Source: an uncultured Christensenella sp. (GTDB lineage: Bacteria > Bacillota > Clostridia > Christensenellales > CAG-917). Taken from it: a stretch of DNA of 64,000 nt. Location of the stretch: assembly GCA_910577815.1 (NCBI GenBank), contig CAJTNO010000002.1, positions 192,985 through 256,984 on the forward strand, given 5' to 3'. A program made the position numbers and the translations under genes. This document shows positions 30,025 to 39,473 of this stretch, piece after piece. The notes under the pieces are model-generated. The model was not told where the DNA came from. It saw nothing but the letters and a program-made list of their open reading frames with translations, and made no database searches. Position 1 is the first letter of the stretch. Each line of letters opens with the position of its first letter.

Positions 30025-30924
30025 ATGCTACAGACCGCGCCCAACATTCCCGATTCAATTCAGAGACGCTATCTTCCGATAAAGCGCAACCGCATATGGG
30101 AGATAGATTTCATACGCGGAATTTGCGTGATTTTAATGATACTCGACCATCTTTCTATGCTTATAGCAAACTATTTTGCACCGTCCTGGTACGGCTCTGC
30201 TTTTTATTTAGGAAAGGCGGGCGACGCATTTTCTCTGTTTTGTCGGGAATGGCTCAACAGCGACGCGCGACCGATAATTCACAACGTCGTTCTGCTGTTC
30301 TTTTTCGGAGTATCGGGCATATCCTGTACCTTCTCGCGCTCCAACTTCCGCCGCGGCGGTCAGCTTGCCATACTCGCGGGCATATATTCGTTTTGCAGTC
30401 TGTTTGCCGAAAAGGTTATGGGTATACACGGTGTAACAACCGTTTTCGGAGTTCTTAACTTTTTAGCGGCAAGTATGCTTCTGTACGCGCTTATCGAGTG
30501 GGCTTGCAAGCGCGATTCCAACCACATCTCCATTGTGGCAACAGGGCTTATCGGCATTACTCTTATACTGTATTTCTGCTATACTCCGCCAGCGGACACC
30601 CCTATGTTTTTCGCAACGATATTTCCGCCCGTGGACGCCTACGGAAATAAGTCATTATTTTACACGCAATCAATATTCTCTCCGGGCGATTTGTTTACGA
30701 TGATACCCTATACGGCGTATTACTTTTTAGGAGTACTGCTCGCGCCGCTTTTGTACGGAAAGCGCAAATCGCTCCTGCCCGCCCTTGACGGTAAATGGAA
30801 TAAGCCCGTTTGCTTTACAGGCAGACACGCGCTTTGGGTGTATATATTGCATCTCGTGGCAATGGCGGGGATTTTAGCCTTGATTTCGGGCTTGTTTATC
30901 ACTCCGGGAAATTTCGGATTTTAA
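30025..30924 (+). CDS. DUF1624 / heparan-alpha-glucosaminide N-acetyltransferase-like polytopic membrane acyltransferase
   Basis: 299 aa. RIWEIDFIRGICVILMILDH matches the family's N-terminal IDxxRG...H motif. Multiple TM helices. Confidence 0.7.
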   Translation: MLQTAPNIPDSIQRRYLPIKRNRIWEIDFIRGICVILMILDHLSMLIANYFAPSWYGSAFYLGKAGDAFSLFCREWLNSDARPIIHNVVLLFFFGVSGISCTFSRSNFRRGGQLAILAGIYSFCSLFAEKVMGIHGVTTVFGVLNFLAASMLLYALIEWACKRDSNHISIVATGLIGITLILYFCYTPPADTPMFFATIFPPVDAYGNKSLFYTQSIFSPGDLFTMIPYTAYYFLGVLLAPLLYGKRKSLLPALDGKWNKPVCFTGRHALWVYILHLVAMAGILALISGLFITPGNFGF

Positions 30925-31050
30925 AAAGCCGCAAACCTAAGTTTTACGGCATCTAATTAGGTATTTTGTAATATTTTATATTTAACAAATCTCTTGTAGC
31001 AAGAACTAAAATTTTGTATTTTAATGCGTTAGATACACTAAAACACTATC

Positions 31051-31611
31051 TTACGACAGCTTAAGCTTTATGCTCTTTGTTTCGTTTTCACGCCTTACGG
31101 CGGCAACCTGCTTCATTATTCGCCTTGTCAGCTTGTCCGCTCCGCGCACGCCTTTAATCTTATACGGCTTTTCCGCGTCGGATACAACCTGTAGCGTACC
31201 CGTTCCCAAAATTCTCTGAATTAAGCTGTGGCTGGTTTCAATAATTATAATCTCTCTTATGGGGATTGTGGTGTTTCTCACCGACAGTATACCCGTGCGG
31301 AAAACCACCTGCGTTTCAGTCACCACAAGCTCCTTCGAATACAGCGACAGCGCCTGTACAAACAGACTTATAAGCACAACGATACCCGCGCCGAGGAGCG
31401 CAAATTTCATCACCCTGTCCGTAAGAAATACGGCAGTACCTTCGCCTTTGGTAAAAATATGCTCAATCTGTTCGTTGAAAACCCACACAACGGCGATAAT
31501 GCCGCCGAGCAGAACCGCAAGCAACACGCTTCTGAGATATACCGTCGCGGAAAACTTCGCCTTTGCGATTATTCGCTCCGCCTTGGAATATTTTCTTTCA
31601 AGAGTTTTCAT
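31051..31611 (-). CDS. membrane-anchored bacterial PH-domain protein (bPH_2, YdbS/YdbT-like)
   Basis: 186 aa. Two TM helices followed by ELVVTETQVVFRTGILSVRNTTIPIREIIIIETSHSLIQRILGTGTLQV, which is typical of bPH_2. Confidence 0.65.
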   Translation of the reverse strand: MKTLERKYSKAERIIAKAKFSATVYLRSVLLAVLLGGIIAVVWVFNEQIEHIFTKGEGTAVFLTDRVMKFALLGAGIVVLISLFVQALSLYSKELVVTETQVVFRTGILSVRNTTIPIREIIIIETSHSLIQRILGTGTLQVVSDAEKPYKIKGVRGADKLTRRIMKQVAAVRRENETKSIKLKLS

Positions 31612-31617
31612 ATCCTA

Positions 31618-33567
31618 TCACCTCAGACACTTGGGAAACTCGGCAATTCGCAGCAGCGAACAGCCGAAAGGAACAAACACCCTTTCGAGCGCCTCCTCCG
31701 AATACACGGGACGGGACGGAATTTCCGTAAAGCCGTTTACGTCGTAATCCCAGTTTATCACGTTTTTGGAGCGTACTCTAAGCTCAAAAGGCGGCTTTTC
31801 GCCCGAAAACGGAACCGACGTCATATCGTGTACTACGGTAATTTCATCCTCGTACAGCTCGCGCATACCGCCTCTCAGACGCCTTGCAAGCAAGGGCGCG
31901 ATATTCCATTTCTTTGCAAAGTTCAAGCAAAGCGTACGTCTGTCCTTTATATCCTGCTTAATTTCGTGCGGAACCTTAAGCGACATAAGCAGATTGCCCT
32001 TAAACAGACTGTAGGTGCCGTCCGCATTCTCCTCCACCGTCAGCGGAATGTTCATCTTAAGCATAAACGTACTGCCCGTGCGCAAAACGCATTTTACCGA
32101 AATTTCCGTACTGCCCGTAGCCACCACCTGTCCGCCGGAAATCAGCTGCATAGTGACGTTTTTAGGCACGCGGAAGTTTATTTTAACCTCCGGCTCGCCG
32201 TTTGCGTGCTCCACCTTAAACACAACCGTATTTCTGAACGGGTAGCCCGTACGCTCGCTTATAGTCATTTTTATTCCGCCCACCGTTACGTCCATATCGC
32301 AGGGCGTATAGGTAAGAAAATTAAGCTCGTTATCCTTAACCATACAGGCGGCTTGCATATACAGCGGATAGGCGCTGAGCACCGACACCGCGCCGCGCGA
32401 AAGCTTGCGGGTGTAAAACGCGTTAGAGAAGTCAATCTCGCTGTGCGACATATTTCTGTTTTCCGACGCCTCAATCTGATTTACCAGCAGCAAATCCTGC
32501 ACCGCGCCGCAATCCTCGAAGCACGCGCCCGAAATCACGTTAAACGCTATACGCTCCAGCAAATCCGCAAGATGATAGTCCGCAGTTTCCTTTATGACCT
32601 CCACAAGCGATTCAATCATCTCCACGGAAGCCTGAACATCTATTCCTCTCACGGGACTCGAGCCCGCAAGGTGACAATCGGACGTAAACATTCCCGCCGC
32701 CGTGCCGTGGTTGCGCATAAGCGCGTCCACCATTTTGACGGACAAATCCCTTAGCGTATCGTCGCCCACAAATCTGCCGTACATAGCGGGATACTTTACA
32801 GCCTTTGCAATATTCACGCCGTCGGTTTCGACAATCTTAATCTGTTTCTTCCAAAGCTTCTCCACAAGCTCGGGAGTAAGCGGCTTGACCTTTGGAGGAA
32901 GCTCGGGCCTCTCGTAAACGGCAACCGTTTTCTGCATCCGCTTAATCGCCTTCATAGATATATATCTATGAGTCGGGCGTTTATAGGTAAATTTATCCGC
33001 CAGTCTGAACCAGTCGTTGGAGCTGTCGCGAAGCTTTTCGCCCAAATCCTGCAACCATTCGAGGTCGGTTTCGCGATAAAGCGCCTCGAGCGCAGGAATT
33101 TCCTCAAGCAGTCTTGCCCTCGAGTCGTACCAGCAAGGCATAACGTCGTAGGTGTTGAACTGATTTTTAAAGTATTTTTTCAAAAACGCAAGCGCGCGGT
33201 CTGAACCCGTATACTCGTAATAGCTCAGAACAGCCTTTATCGCCTCTATCTTGGGAGTTTGCGTACGCACGTCCTTAGGACCTATATCCCCGCCCTCGTT
33301 CGCGCTGTTGAATATAGGCTGAAAAAAGCCCGTCATCCTCTCCTTCAGATTTTTATCGTCCAGCGCGGCGGCAAGCAGAGTGAGTCCTCTCGCGTATCTC
33401 GGCAGGCTCTCGCCCTGAGTCCACTCTCCGTTTTTGATAAGTCCCTGCAACGCGCCCAGCTTTTTTTGCAGGTCGCACATATGCAGCATTTCGTCCTTGA
33501 GCCAGCCTGTCGGACGAATAGCTCCAAGCGGAAGCTTTTTAAGGTTTTTATCAACAGATTTCGCCAA
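31618..33567 (-). CDS. DUF1680 / GH127-like (beta-L-arabinofuranosidase family) six-hairpin glycosidase-like protein
   Basis: 649 aa, no signal peptide. The N-terminal LPLGAIRPTGWLKDEM resembles the conserved N-terminus of GH127/GH146-type proteins. The assignment is from memory of this motif only. Confidence 0.45.
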   Translation of the reverse strand: MAKSVDKNLKKLPLGAIRPTGWLKDEMLHMCDLQKKLGALQGLIKNGEWTQGESLPRYARGLTLLAAALDDKNLKERMTGFFQPIFNSANEGGDIGPKDVRTQTPKIEAIKAVLSYYEYTGSDRALAFLKKYFKNQFNTYDVMPCWYDSRARLLEEIPALEALYRETDLEWLQDLGEKLRDSSNDWFRLADKFTYKRPTHRYISMKAIKRMQKTVAVYERPELPPKVKPLTPELVEKLWKKQIKIVETDGVNIAKAVKYPAMYGRFVGDDTLRDLSVKMVDALMRNHGTAAGMFTSDCHLAGSSPVRGIDVQASVEMIESLVEVIKETADYHLADLLERIAFNVISGACFEDCGAVQDLLLVNQIEASENRNMSHSEIDFSNAFYTRKLSRGAVSVLSAYPLYMQAACMVKDNELNFLTYTPCDMDVTVGGIKMTISERTGYPFRNTVVFKVEHANGEPEVKINFRVPKNVTMQLISGGQVVATGSTEISVKCVLRTGSTFMLKMNIPLTVEENADGTYSLFKGNLLMSLKVPHEIKQDIKDRRTLCLNFAKKWNIAPLLARRLRGGMRELYEDEITVVHDMTSVPFSGEKPPFELRVRSKNVINWDYDVNGFTEIPSRPVYSEEALERVFVPFGCSLLRIAEFPKCLR

Positions 33568-33846
33568 ATTTACGCCTCTTGCACTTAGTATTAAGCAAAA
33601 GCATACCTTTTACGCTCAGCTATAATATAATAATTTAGCATATTTAAACGATAAAAGCAAGCACCTTTAAAGCGTTTGGCTCGCAGCTCGCGCTTAACGC
33701 AGTCCGTCCGCCGACTGTCATAAGCCGATTGATATACCTGCGCTTGCTCTTGTTCAAGCTCAACCGACACGCCGCTCGCGCTCGGTTCATATAAATGATA
33801 ATCGGCTTAAGCTTGCAAAAACGGGGTTTAACCGAGCATTTTGTTG

Positions 33847-33875
33847 ATGACAACCGCCAAAAATGGTGATATGAT
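33847..33875 (+). promoter_or_regulatory. candidate sigma-A promoter for apgM
   Basis: aTGACA (33847-33852), 17-nt spacer, TATGAT (33870-33875), ~28 nt upstream of the ATG at 33903 (GAGAGG RBS). Confidence 0.4.
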
Positions 33876-33902
33876 AGTAAAAATAAATTTTGAGAGGCTT
33901 AT

Positions 33903-35129
33903 ATGAAATACGTGCTTGTACTGCTTGACGGAATGGCGGATTACAAACTTGACGAGCTCGGCGGCAAAACGCCCGTGCAGGCGGCAGACACCCCCGCAAT
34001 GGACGTTATTGCAAGCAGGTCCGAGATAGGACGCGTGCGCACCGTACCCGACGGCTACAAGCCGGGGAGCGACGTCGCAAACCTCGGAGTACTCGGATAC
34101 GACGTCCGCAGATGCTACACGGGCAGAAGTCCGCTTGAAGCGCTTGCGATGGGTATAGAGATGAGGGATGACGACCTTGCCCTGCGCGCAAACCTTGTAA
34201 CCCTCTCGGGCGACGGAGATTTTGAGGATAAGCTGATGAAAGACTACAGTGCGGGAGAGATAAGCACCGAGGAAGCGTGCGTGCTTATCAACGACCTTCG
34301 CGACTATCTACGCAAAGAAAATCTTATGAACGGAGCGGAGCTCTACGCAGGCACAAGCTACCGTCACTGTATGCTTATACACGGCGCCGAGCCAAACGAA
34401 ACGCTCACGCCTCCGCACGACATAACGGGAAAGTGCATAGGCGAGCATTTGCCTAAAGGCGGACTTTCCGACCTTATGAATGAGATAATAAAAGCCTCTC
34501 ACGCCTTTTTAAGCGAGCATCCTATAAACAAAGCGCGCATATCGGAGGGCAAAAATCCCGCCAATTCGCTGTGGCTGTGGGGAGAAGGCACAAAGCCCGC
34601 AATAGACAGCTTTGAAAGAAAATACGGCAAAAGCGGAGCTATGATAAGCGCGGTAGACCTTTTAAGAGGCATAGCAATGGGCGGAGGAATGAAGGTCGTA
34701 GAGGTAGCGGGCGCAACGGGAACGATAAACACAAACTTCGACGGCAAGGCGGAGGCGGCAATCCGCGAACTTGAAAGCGGAACGGATTTTTGTATGGTGC
34801 ATCTGGAGGCAACCGACGAATGCGGGCATCAGGGCAACGTATCGGATAAGGTTCGCGCAATCGAGCTGATAGACCAAAAGGTAATCGCACGTCTGTATTC
34901 GCATTTTACGGAAGCTAAAACGCCGTTTTCTATGCTGATAATGCCCGACCACTACACTCCACTCTCCACGCGCACGCATTCTTCCGAGCCTGTGCCATAT
35001 ATGCTGTACACGTCGGTAAAGCCGCTTGGCTGCAACGCGGAATTCAGCGAGGACGTCGCCGCTCGGTCCGGAATATTATTTGAAAAGCCTTGGGAGTTGA
35101 CCGAAAGATTTTTCAGCTTAAACGACTAA
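33903..35129 (+). CDS. apgM: cofactor-independent phosphoglycerate mutase, archaeal-type (ApgM family)
   Basis: 408 aa. MKYVLVLLDGMADYKLDELGGKTPVQAADTPAMD...PGSDVANLGVLGYD...YTGRSPLEA is the family's N-terminal signature. Confidence 0.8.
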   Translation: MKYVLVLLDGMADYKLDELGGKTPVQAADTPAMDVIASRSEIGRVRTVPDGYKPGSDVANLGVLGYDVRRCYTGRSPLEALAMGIEMRDDDLALRANLVTLSGDGDFEDKLMKDYSAGEISTEEACVLINDLRDYLRKENLMNGAELYAGTSYRHCMLIHGAEPNETLTPPHDITGKCIGEHLPKGGLSDLMNEIIKASHAFLSEHPINKARISEGKNPANSLWLWGEGTKPAIDSFERKYGKSGAMISAVDLLRGIAMGGGMKVVEVAGATGTINTNFDGKAEAAIRELESGTDFCMVHLEATDECGHQGNVSDKVRAIELIDQKVIARLYSHFTEAKTPFSMLIMPDHYTPLSTRTHSSEPVPYMLYTSVKPLGCNAEFSEDVAARSGILFEKPWELTERFFSLND

Positions 35130-35164
35130 TCACGCTTTAAAATTATATATATTTTTACTTAAGC

Positions 35165-35193
35165 AAAACCGCGCTCACGGCGCGGTTTTATTT
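35165..35193 (+). terminator. rho-independent terminator after apgM
   Basis: aaaaccgcgc-tcacg-gcgcggtttt hairpin followed by a T-rich tail. Confidence 0.75.
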
Positions 35194-35290
35194 ATCGTTT
35201 AAACCTAAAGTAAAAACCTAATTTTACATAAATCATATTTTATCTTATCGTTATTGCTATTTAAAATGCCGATTAAGCAAATTAAATCCG

Positions 35291-36067
35291 TTAATTATCT
35301 TTGTATTTATTTTCCTTCAGCTTATATAAAACGCTCTTCTTTTTCTTTTTTCCGTCCACGAATTTTACAAACTCCACCTTGAATTTTTTTGCAATGCGAA
35401 CGCGCAGGAATTTTATAATAAGCTGCGCCACGCCAAGTCCCAGCTGTACGGCGGCTATAACGAAAGTGAGTATGAACACAATAAACTTTGCAATTACGTC
35501 AAAGCCCTCAAAGCTCATTCCGACCATAGAAACGGCGGCTATGGACAGCAATATTATATTTGCCGCCGCCTTAAATATTTTCAAGGTCTTTTTATAGGTT
35601 TTTACTCTCTTTGTGCCGCCCTTTACATCCTTGAAGGTCATAACGACAAGCACAATGAACACGCATACATACACCGCAAGTATGCTGACAAGCACAATCG
35701 AAGCCGTATCCGCAACCCAGCCCTTGGCGATAAACAGACAGGTGCTTGCGATTGCGTAAACTGTGGAAAGCAAGGTCCACACCGCGCTCAGTTTGTTTAT
35801 TACAGTAGCCTTTTTCTGCCGTTTTTCTATCTCCCTCTTAACGCCCTCGGAAACGGCAAGCTGCTCCTCCGACGGCTTAAGAGTCTCCGCTACAGCCTCG
35901 GCGGATTGCTCCTTAACGGACGCAACGGGAGAAGCAGGCGCTACGGATGATTGCGGACATTTCTGCTCGGCAATACCGTCGCCTGCGCTTTTAACCGTTT
36001 TAGCCGCGTCGATACGCCCGATTTCGCTTGCGCTGCGCGGTTTGAAGGTGGGTTGCTTTCTTCTCAT
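35291..36067 (-). CDS. hypothetical membrane protein (about 4 TM helices, Lys-rich tail)
   Basis: 258 aa. Ala/Ser/Glu-rich N-terminal region, then four hydrophobic helices, then a KKKKK tail. No recognisable motif. Confidence 0.55.
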   Translation of the reverse strand: MRRKQPTFKPRSASEIGRIDAAKTVKSAGDGIAEQKCPQSSVAPASPVASVKEQSAEAVAETLKPSEEQLAVSEGVKREIEKRQKKATVINKLSAVWTLLSTVYAIASTCLFIAKGWVADTASIVLVSILAVYVCVFIVLVVMTFKDVKGGTKRVKTYKKTLKIFKAAANIILLSIAAVSMVGMSFEGFDVIAKFIVFILTFVIAAVQLGLGVAQLIIKFLRVRIAKKFKVEFVKFVDGKKKKKSVLYKLKENKYKDN

Positions 36068-36070
36068 ACT

Positions 36071-36105
36071 AAAAGTTTAAAAGACGCCCTCAAAGAGGGC
36101 GTCTT
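36071..36105 (-). terminator. rho-independent terminator after the esterase gene
   Basis: 11-bp stem aagacgccctc/gagggcgtctt with a 3-nt loop, followed by a T-rich tract on the minus strand. Confidence 0.75.
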
Positions 36106-36120
36106 ATATCTTCGATAACG

Positions 36121-37035
36121 TTAAATCTCCTTGTTGGCTACACGTCTAAGGAAGCTTTCCATAAGCTTGACGTTTTCCTTTGCCGCACCCTGATTCCAGT
36201 TGAGCGGATAGCAATGGTTGTCCATAAACTTGGTGGAGTGATGCTCCTCTACGTGTATGCCGAGGTCCTGAAGCTTTTTAACAAGCTTCTGACCCTGTCC
36301 CTTGCAGAAGAAATCCTTTTCCGCATATGTTATAAATGATATCGGGAAATTCTCGTCCACGTACGCAAACGGCGCCAGCACGTCGAGATACTCATAGCTC
36401 TCGAGGTCCTTTACGTGTATGCCGCTGAAGTCAAACAACACCTTGTCGGTAAGATTGAGCGGCATTTTCTGTCCCAAAGCCTCTTGTACGTCGTAGATAC
36501 CGCAATCGAGCAATGCGGTGCGGAATTTGAGCTCGGTGCTTACGCCGAAACGCTCCTGAAGGCTCTTGTTGGTTGCGATACAGGCAAGCATAGCGGAATA
36601 ATATCCGCCCGCGCTGTCGCCGGATACGCACATATTGTCAAGGTCGAGGTTATATTTCTCGGCATTTTCGCCGACCCAGTTCAACGCCTTAACAAGCTGC
36701 TGCAAACCCAAAGGAAATTTATACTGAGGAGCTAACGCGTAGTTTACGTTTACTACGAAAAAGCCCTTTTCCGCTATCCATCTTGCAAGACCTCTCCTGC
36801 GATACTTGTCGCCCGCAACAAAGCCGCCGCCGTGAATAAGGAACATTACGGGATATTTCTCTCCCTCGGGACGCGTCACGTGATATGTATCGAGCTTTTC
36901 GCTCTCGCTCTCGCCGTAAGGAATATCCTTTTCCTCGTTAAAATCTATGCCCTTGAATTTGAGCATTCTTTTTTTGTTTTGTCCGCCGTCGAACAGCTTG
37001 TCGATAGCGACGAACAAGAACTCTGCAAAAGTCAT
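36121..37035 (-). CDS. alpha/beta-hydrolase, HSL-type carboxylesterase
   Basis: 304 aa. Oxyanion motif LIHGGGFVAGD and nucleophile elbow GDSAGG. Confidence 0.85.
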   Translation of the reverse strand: MTFAEFLFVAIDKLFDGGQNKKRMLKFKGIDFNEEKDIPYGESESEKLDTYHVTRPEGEKYPVMFLIHGGGFVAGDKYRRRGLARWIAEKGFFVVNVNYALAPQYKFPLGLQQLVKALNWVGENAEKYNLDLDNMCVSGDSAGGYYSAMLACIATNKSLQERFGVSTELKFRTALLDCGIYDVQEALGQKMPLNLTDKVLFDFSGIHVKDLESYEYLDVLAPFAYVDENFPISFITYAEKDFFCKGQGQKLVKKLQDLGIHVEEHHSTKFMDNHCYPLNWNQGAAKENVKLMESFLRRVANKEI

Positions 37036-37166
37036 AATTTCCCTCCTATATACAACAAATGTATATTTACTTTATCAATTTTAGCACAGTAAGCCCGCGC
37101 TTGCAATACATTTTATAATTTTAAAAGCTTGTGCGCGACAAAAACTCCTTATATATCGTGCAACGC

Positions 37167-38459
37167 TTAAACCTCGAGCGCGTTGAATTCGGCGAGGTTT
37201 TTCTCCATAAGGTCAAAATATCTCTCGACCGTCTCAACGTCCCTGTCATTGCCTCTCATAGACGTGGAGAAGGTCATTTTACCGAGCAGAGTAGTAACCG
37301 ACATAAGGAAATACGGCTTATACTTGGTCGCTCCCGATACAAAGCCGCCCGTAAGAACGGTGCCGTCAAACGCCAGCTTGTCGTCGCCGAGCATTCCGAT
37401 ATTGCTGACCGCAAGCAGCGGATTGTCGTATCCGAGCTTTATGGCAAATTCCGCGAGGTCCTGCGGGAAAATGGTATACGCCAGCTTTAGGAGAGGCAGG
37501 GAGTAAAGCCCCATAAACTTATCGCGCTTGTGCGCGCGCATTGCGCTAAGAACGTTTACAACGGTATCGCGCACGTCCGCTCCCTTTTCGAGAGTACGGC
37601 AGGCAAGCCAGGCGGTGTGATTGGTAATTCCGCCCTGCGCGCCGCCCTCTATTATATGACGTCTTAAATCTATAGCGCAGGACACGGTAAGAGGGCTCTT
37701 TTCATCGTGACCGCAAAGCTCGTACAACGTGCGCACGGCAAGCGCCATAACCGCGTCGTTTACCGTTATTCCGAGCGACTTGGCAACCGCCTTCATTCTG
37801 TCGAATCTTTCAGAATCTATTTCGCGCCTTGCAATGCGGTTTTTATCCGATTCGGAGGGTTCAGACCACGGAAACGGCACTTTATCCTTGTTTTTGCTTA
37901 CGTTCTTATATAGCGAGCGGGCTTTTTTCAAATCTCTGCCGCTAAACTTGGAATACACCTGCTCAAAGCTGCGCGAGCCCGATTTCATATCCAACAAAGA
38001 ATACTCCCCGCGCTTTAAATGATTGTAGTTTTCGCAAAGCTTAGCCATAAAATATTTGAAGTCGCCGCCGTCCATACACATATGGTTTACAAGCACAGCA
38101 AGCACGCTTTTTTCACCCTGCTCGTATACGTATATCTTTATCTGAACATTGCTGTCAAACGGAATGACCTCTGATAAAAACGCGTCAGAATCGCCCTCGG
38201 CGTCCTCGCTGTCGTAAAACTTTACTATATCGTCGGCTGTGTAGCTTTCCTCCTTCCAGTAAGGTTCCGCCGCCGTCGTGTTAAAGCTGCTGTGGAGCAC
38301 GGGCGCGCGCTCCACCATATATACGACCGCGCTCTTTAACAGCGCCGCGTCCAGCTTGCCGTCGTAATACAGCTTAAGATGAACCATCCTGTCATAAAAA
38401 TTGCGGAACAGAAATTGCATTCTGTCCCACATTTCGGCTTTTATAATATTTTTTTTCAT
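37167..38459 (-). CDS. condensation-domain-like (CAT superfamily, HxxxDG) acyltransferase
   Basis: VLVNHMCMDGGDF carries the HxxxDG catalytic motif. Start chosen at MKKNIIK (38459), 5 nt after the upstream stop. The ORF-track start at 38513 would overlap the upstream gene by 50 nt and remains possible. Confidence 0.6.
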   Translation of the reverse strand: MKKNIIKAEMWDRMQFLFRNFYDRMVHLKLYYDGKLDAALLKSAVVYMVERAPVLHSSFNTTAAEPYWKEESYTADDIVKFYDSEDAEGDSDAFLSEVIPFDSNVQIKIYVYEQGEKSVLAVLVNHMCMDGGDFKYFMAKLCENYNHLKRGEYSLLDMKSGSRSFEQVYSKFSGRDLKKARSLYKNVSKNKDKVPFPWSEPSESDKNRIARREIDSERFDRMKAVAKSLGITVNDAVMALAVRTLYELCGHDEKSPLTVSCAIDLRRHIIEGGAQGGITNHTAWLACRTLEKGADVRDTVVNVLSAMRAHKRDKFMGLYSLPLLKLAYTIFPQDLAEFAIKLGYDNPLLAVSNIGMLGDDKLAFDGTVLTGGFVSGATKYKPYFLMSVTTLLGKMTFSTSMRGNDRDVETVERYFDLMEKNLAEFNALEV

Positions 38460-38463
38460 TAAA

Positions 38464-39315
38464 CTATTCCCACTTAGTCCAATAAGCCTCGTCAACGTCT
38501 TTGTTTTCCGCATTGGCTTCCTTCTTTTTTTCGTTTGCGCGTTCGGCGAGAATGACTATACCCTCCGTAAGCGCAACCGCTACTCCGCCGAGGCAGATAA
38601 TCCAGGTAGGATGCCAAATGTTCTTGCCGCTCCACATAAGCGATATGCCGAGTATGACGTACAGCATAACGCAGAATATCTCTATAAATACGGGAAGCTC
38701 AATCCACTTCAGCTTGCTTCCGCCGATAAACGCGAGCAGAGTATCCGCGCCGAGTATAACCGCAACCATCGCAAGGAAAACCAGATAGCTGCCCGAGATG
38801 TTTCCCACAAGCTGTAAAAACAAATACAGCACCACGCCCGTAACCGATATCGCGCCCGCAACCATCGCGCGCAGAGGCAGATAAGACTTCATTTTTGCAA
38901 ATCTTACCGCAAGCATTATCATAATGCCGTCTATTCCGATAAGCGCGCCGCCCACTATAATGAGCCAGGTGGGATGCCACAGATTGGTTACAAAGCCGAC
39001 TATCAGATAGCAAAGCACAAGCACCGCTATAAACGCGGCGGCAAGCAATGCGCCAAGAGTAGCAACCCTGCGGCCCAGCTCCTTTTTAACCGCCTGATTT
39101 TCATATCCGCGGAGAGTGCTTGCAAAATCGCCAAGCTCGCCAACTACCGTATTATAGATAAGCTCGTCGTCGGTCATTCCCTTGATTTTGAGCTCCTGCG
39201 CCCTGTCCGTCATCTTGGTGAGCATACTTATACGGTACTCCATAGCCGCCTTGGTAGGCGCAATCTGTCTGAACTGCTCTTCAAGATAAGATTTAAATCT
39301 CTCCTTCATTTTCAC
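38464..39315 (-). CDS. hypothetical polytopic membrane protein with an internally duplicated WHPTW module
   Basis: 283 aa. Helical N-terminal domain, then two related TM blocks: NLWHPTWLIIVGGALIGIDGIMIMLAVRFAK and NIWHPTWIICLGGVAVALTEGIVILAERANEKK. Confidence 0.6.
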   Translation of the reverse strand: MKMKERFKSYLEEQFRQIAPTKAAMEYRISMLTKMTDRAQELKIKGMTDDELIYNTVVGELGDFASTLRGYENQAVKKELGRRVATLGALLAAAFIAVLVLCYLIVGFVTNLWHPTWLIIVGGALIGIDGIMIMLAVRFAKMKSYLPLRAMVAGAISVTGVVLYLFLQLVGNISGSYLVFLAMVAVILGADTLLAFIGGSKLKWIELPVFIEIFCVMLYVILGISLMWSGKNIWHPTWIICLGGVAVALTEGIVILAERANEKKKEANAENKDVDEAYWTKWE

Positions 39316-39394
39316 CCTTCTCGCGCACGAGGTGCGCTATATTATTTAATTTTATTTTAATATAGCAAACAAAATACTTTCCGTCAACCCCTTA

Positions 39395-39422
39395 ACCATT
39401 TTCCGCGCGAACACATAGTATA
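39395..39422 (+). promoter_or_regulatory. sigma-K-like (late mother-cell) promoter candidate for the collagen-like gene
   Basis: AC (39395-39396), 17 nt, CATAgtaTA (39414-39422) fits the AC-17-CATAnnnTA consensus. ATAGGAGG RBS before the ATG at 39474. Confidence 0.3.
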
Positions 39423-39473
39423 CAGCAATGACGCTTTTAATTCCCCTTACATAATCAATAGGAGGATTGTTTT

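Noticed and set aside
31228-32754. 508-aa plus-strand ORF
   Set aside because: Antisense shadow of the GH127-like gene. Arg/His-rich nonsense composition.
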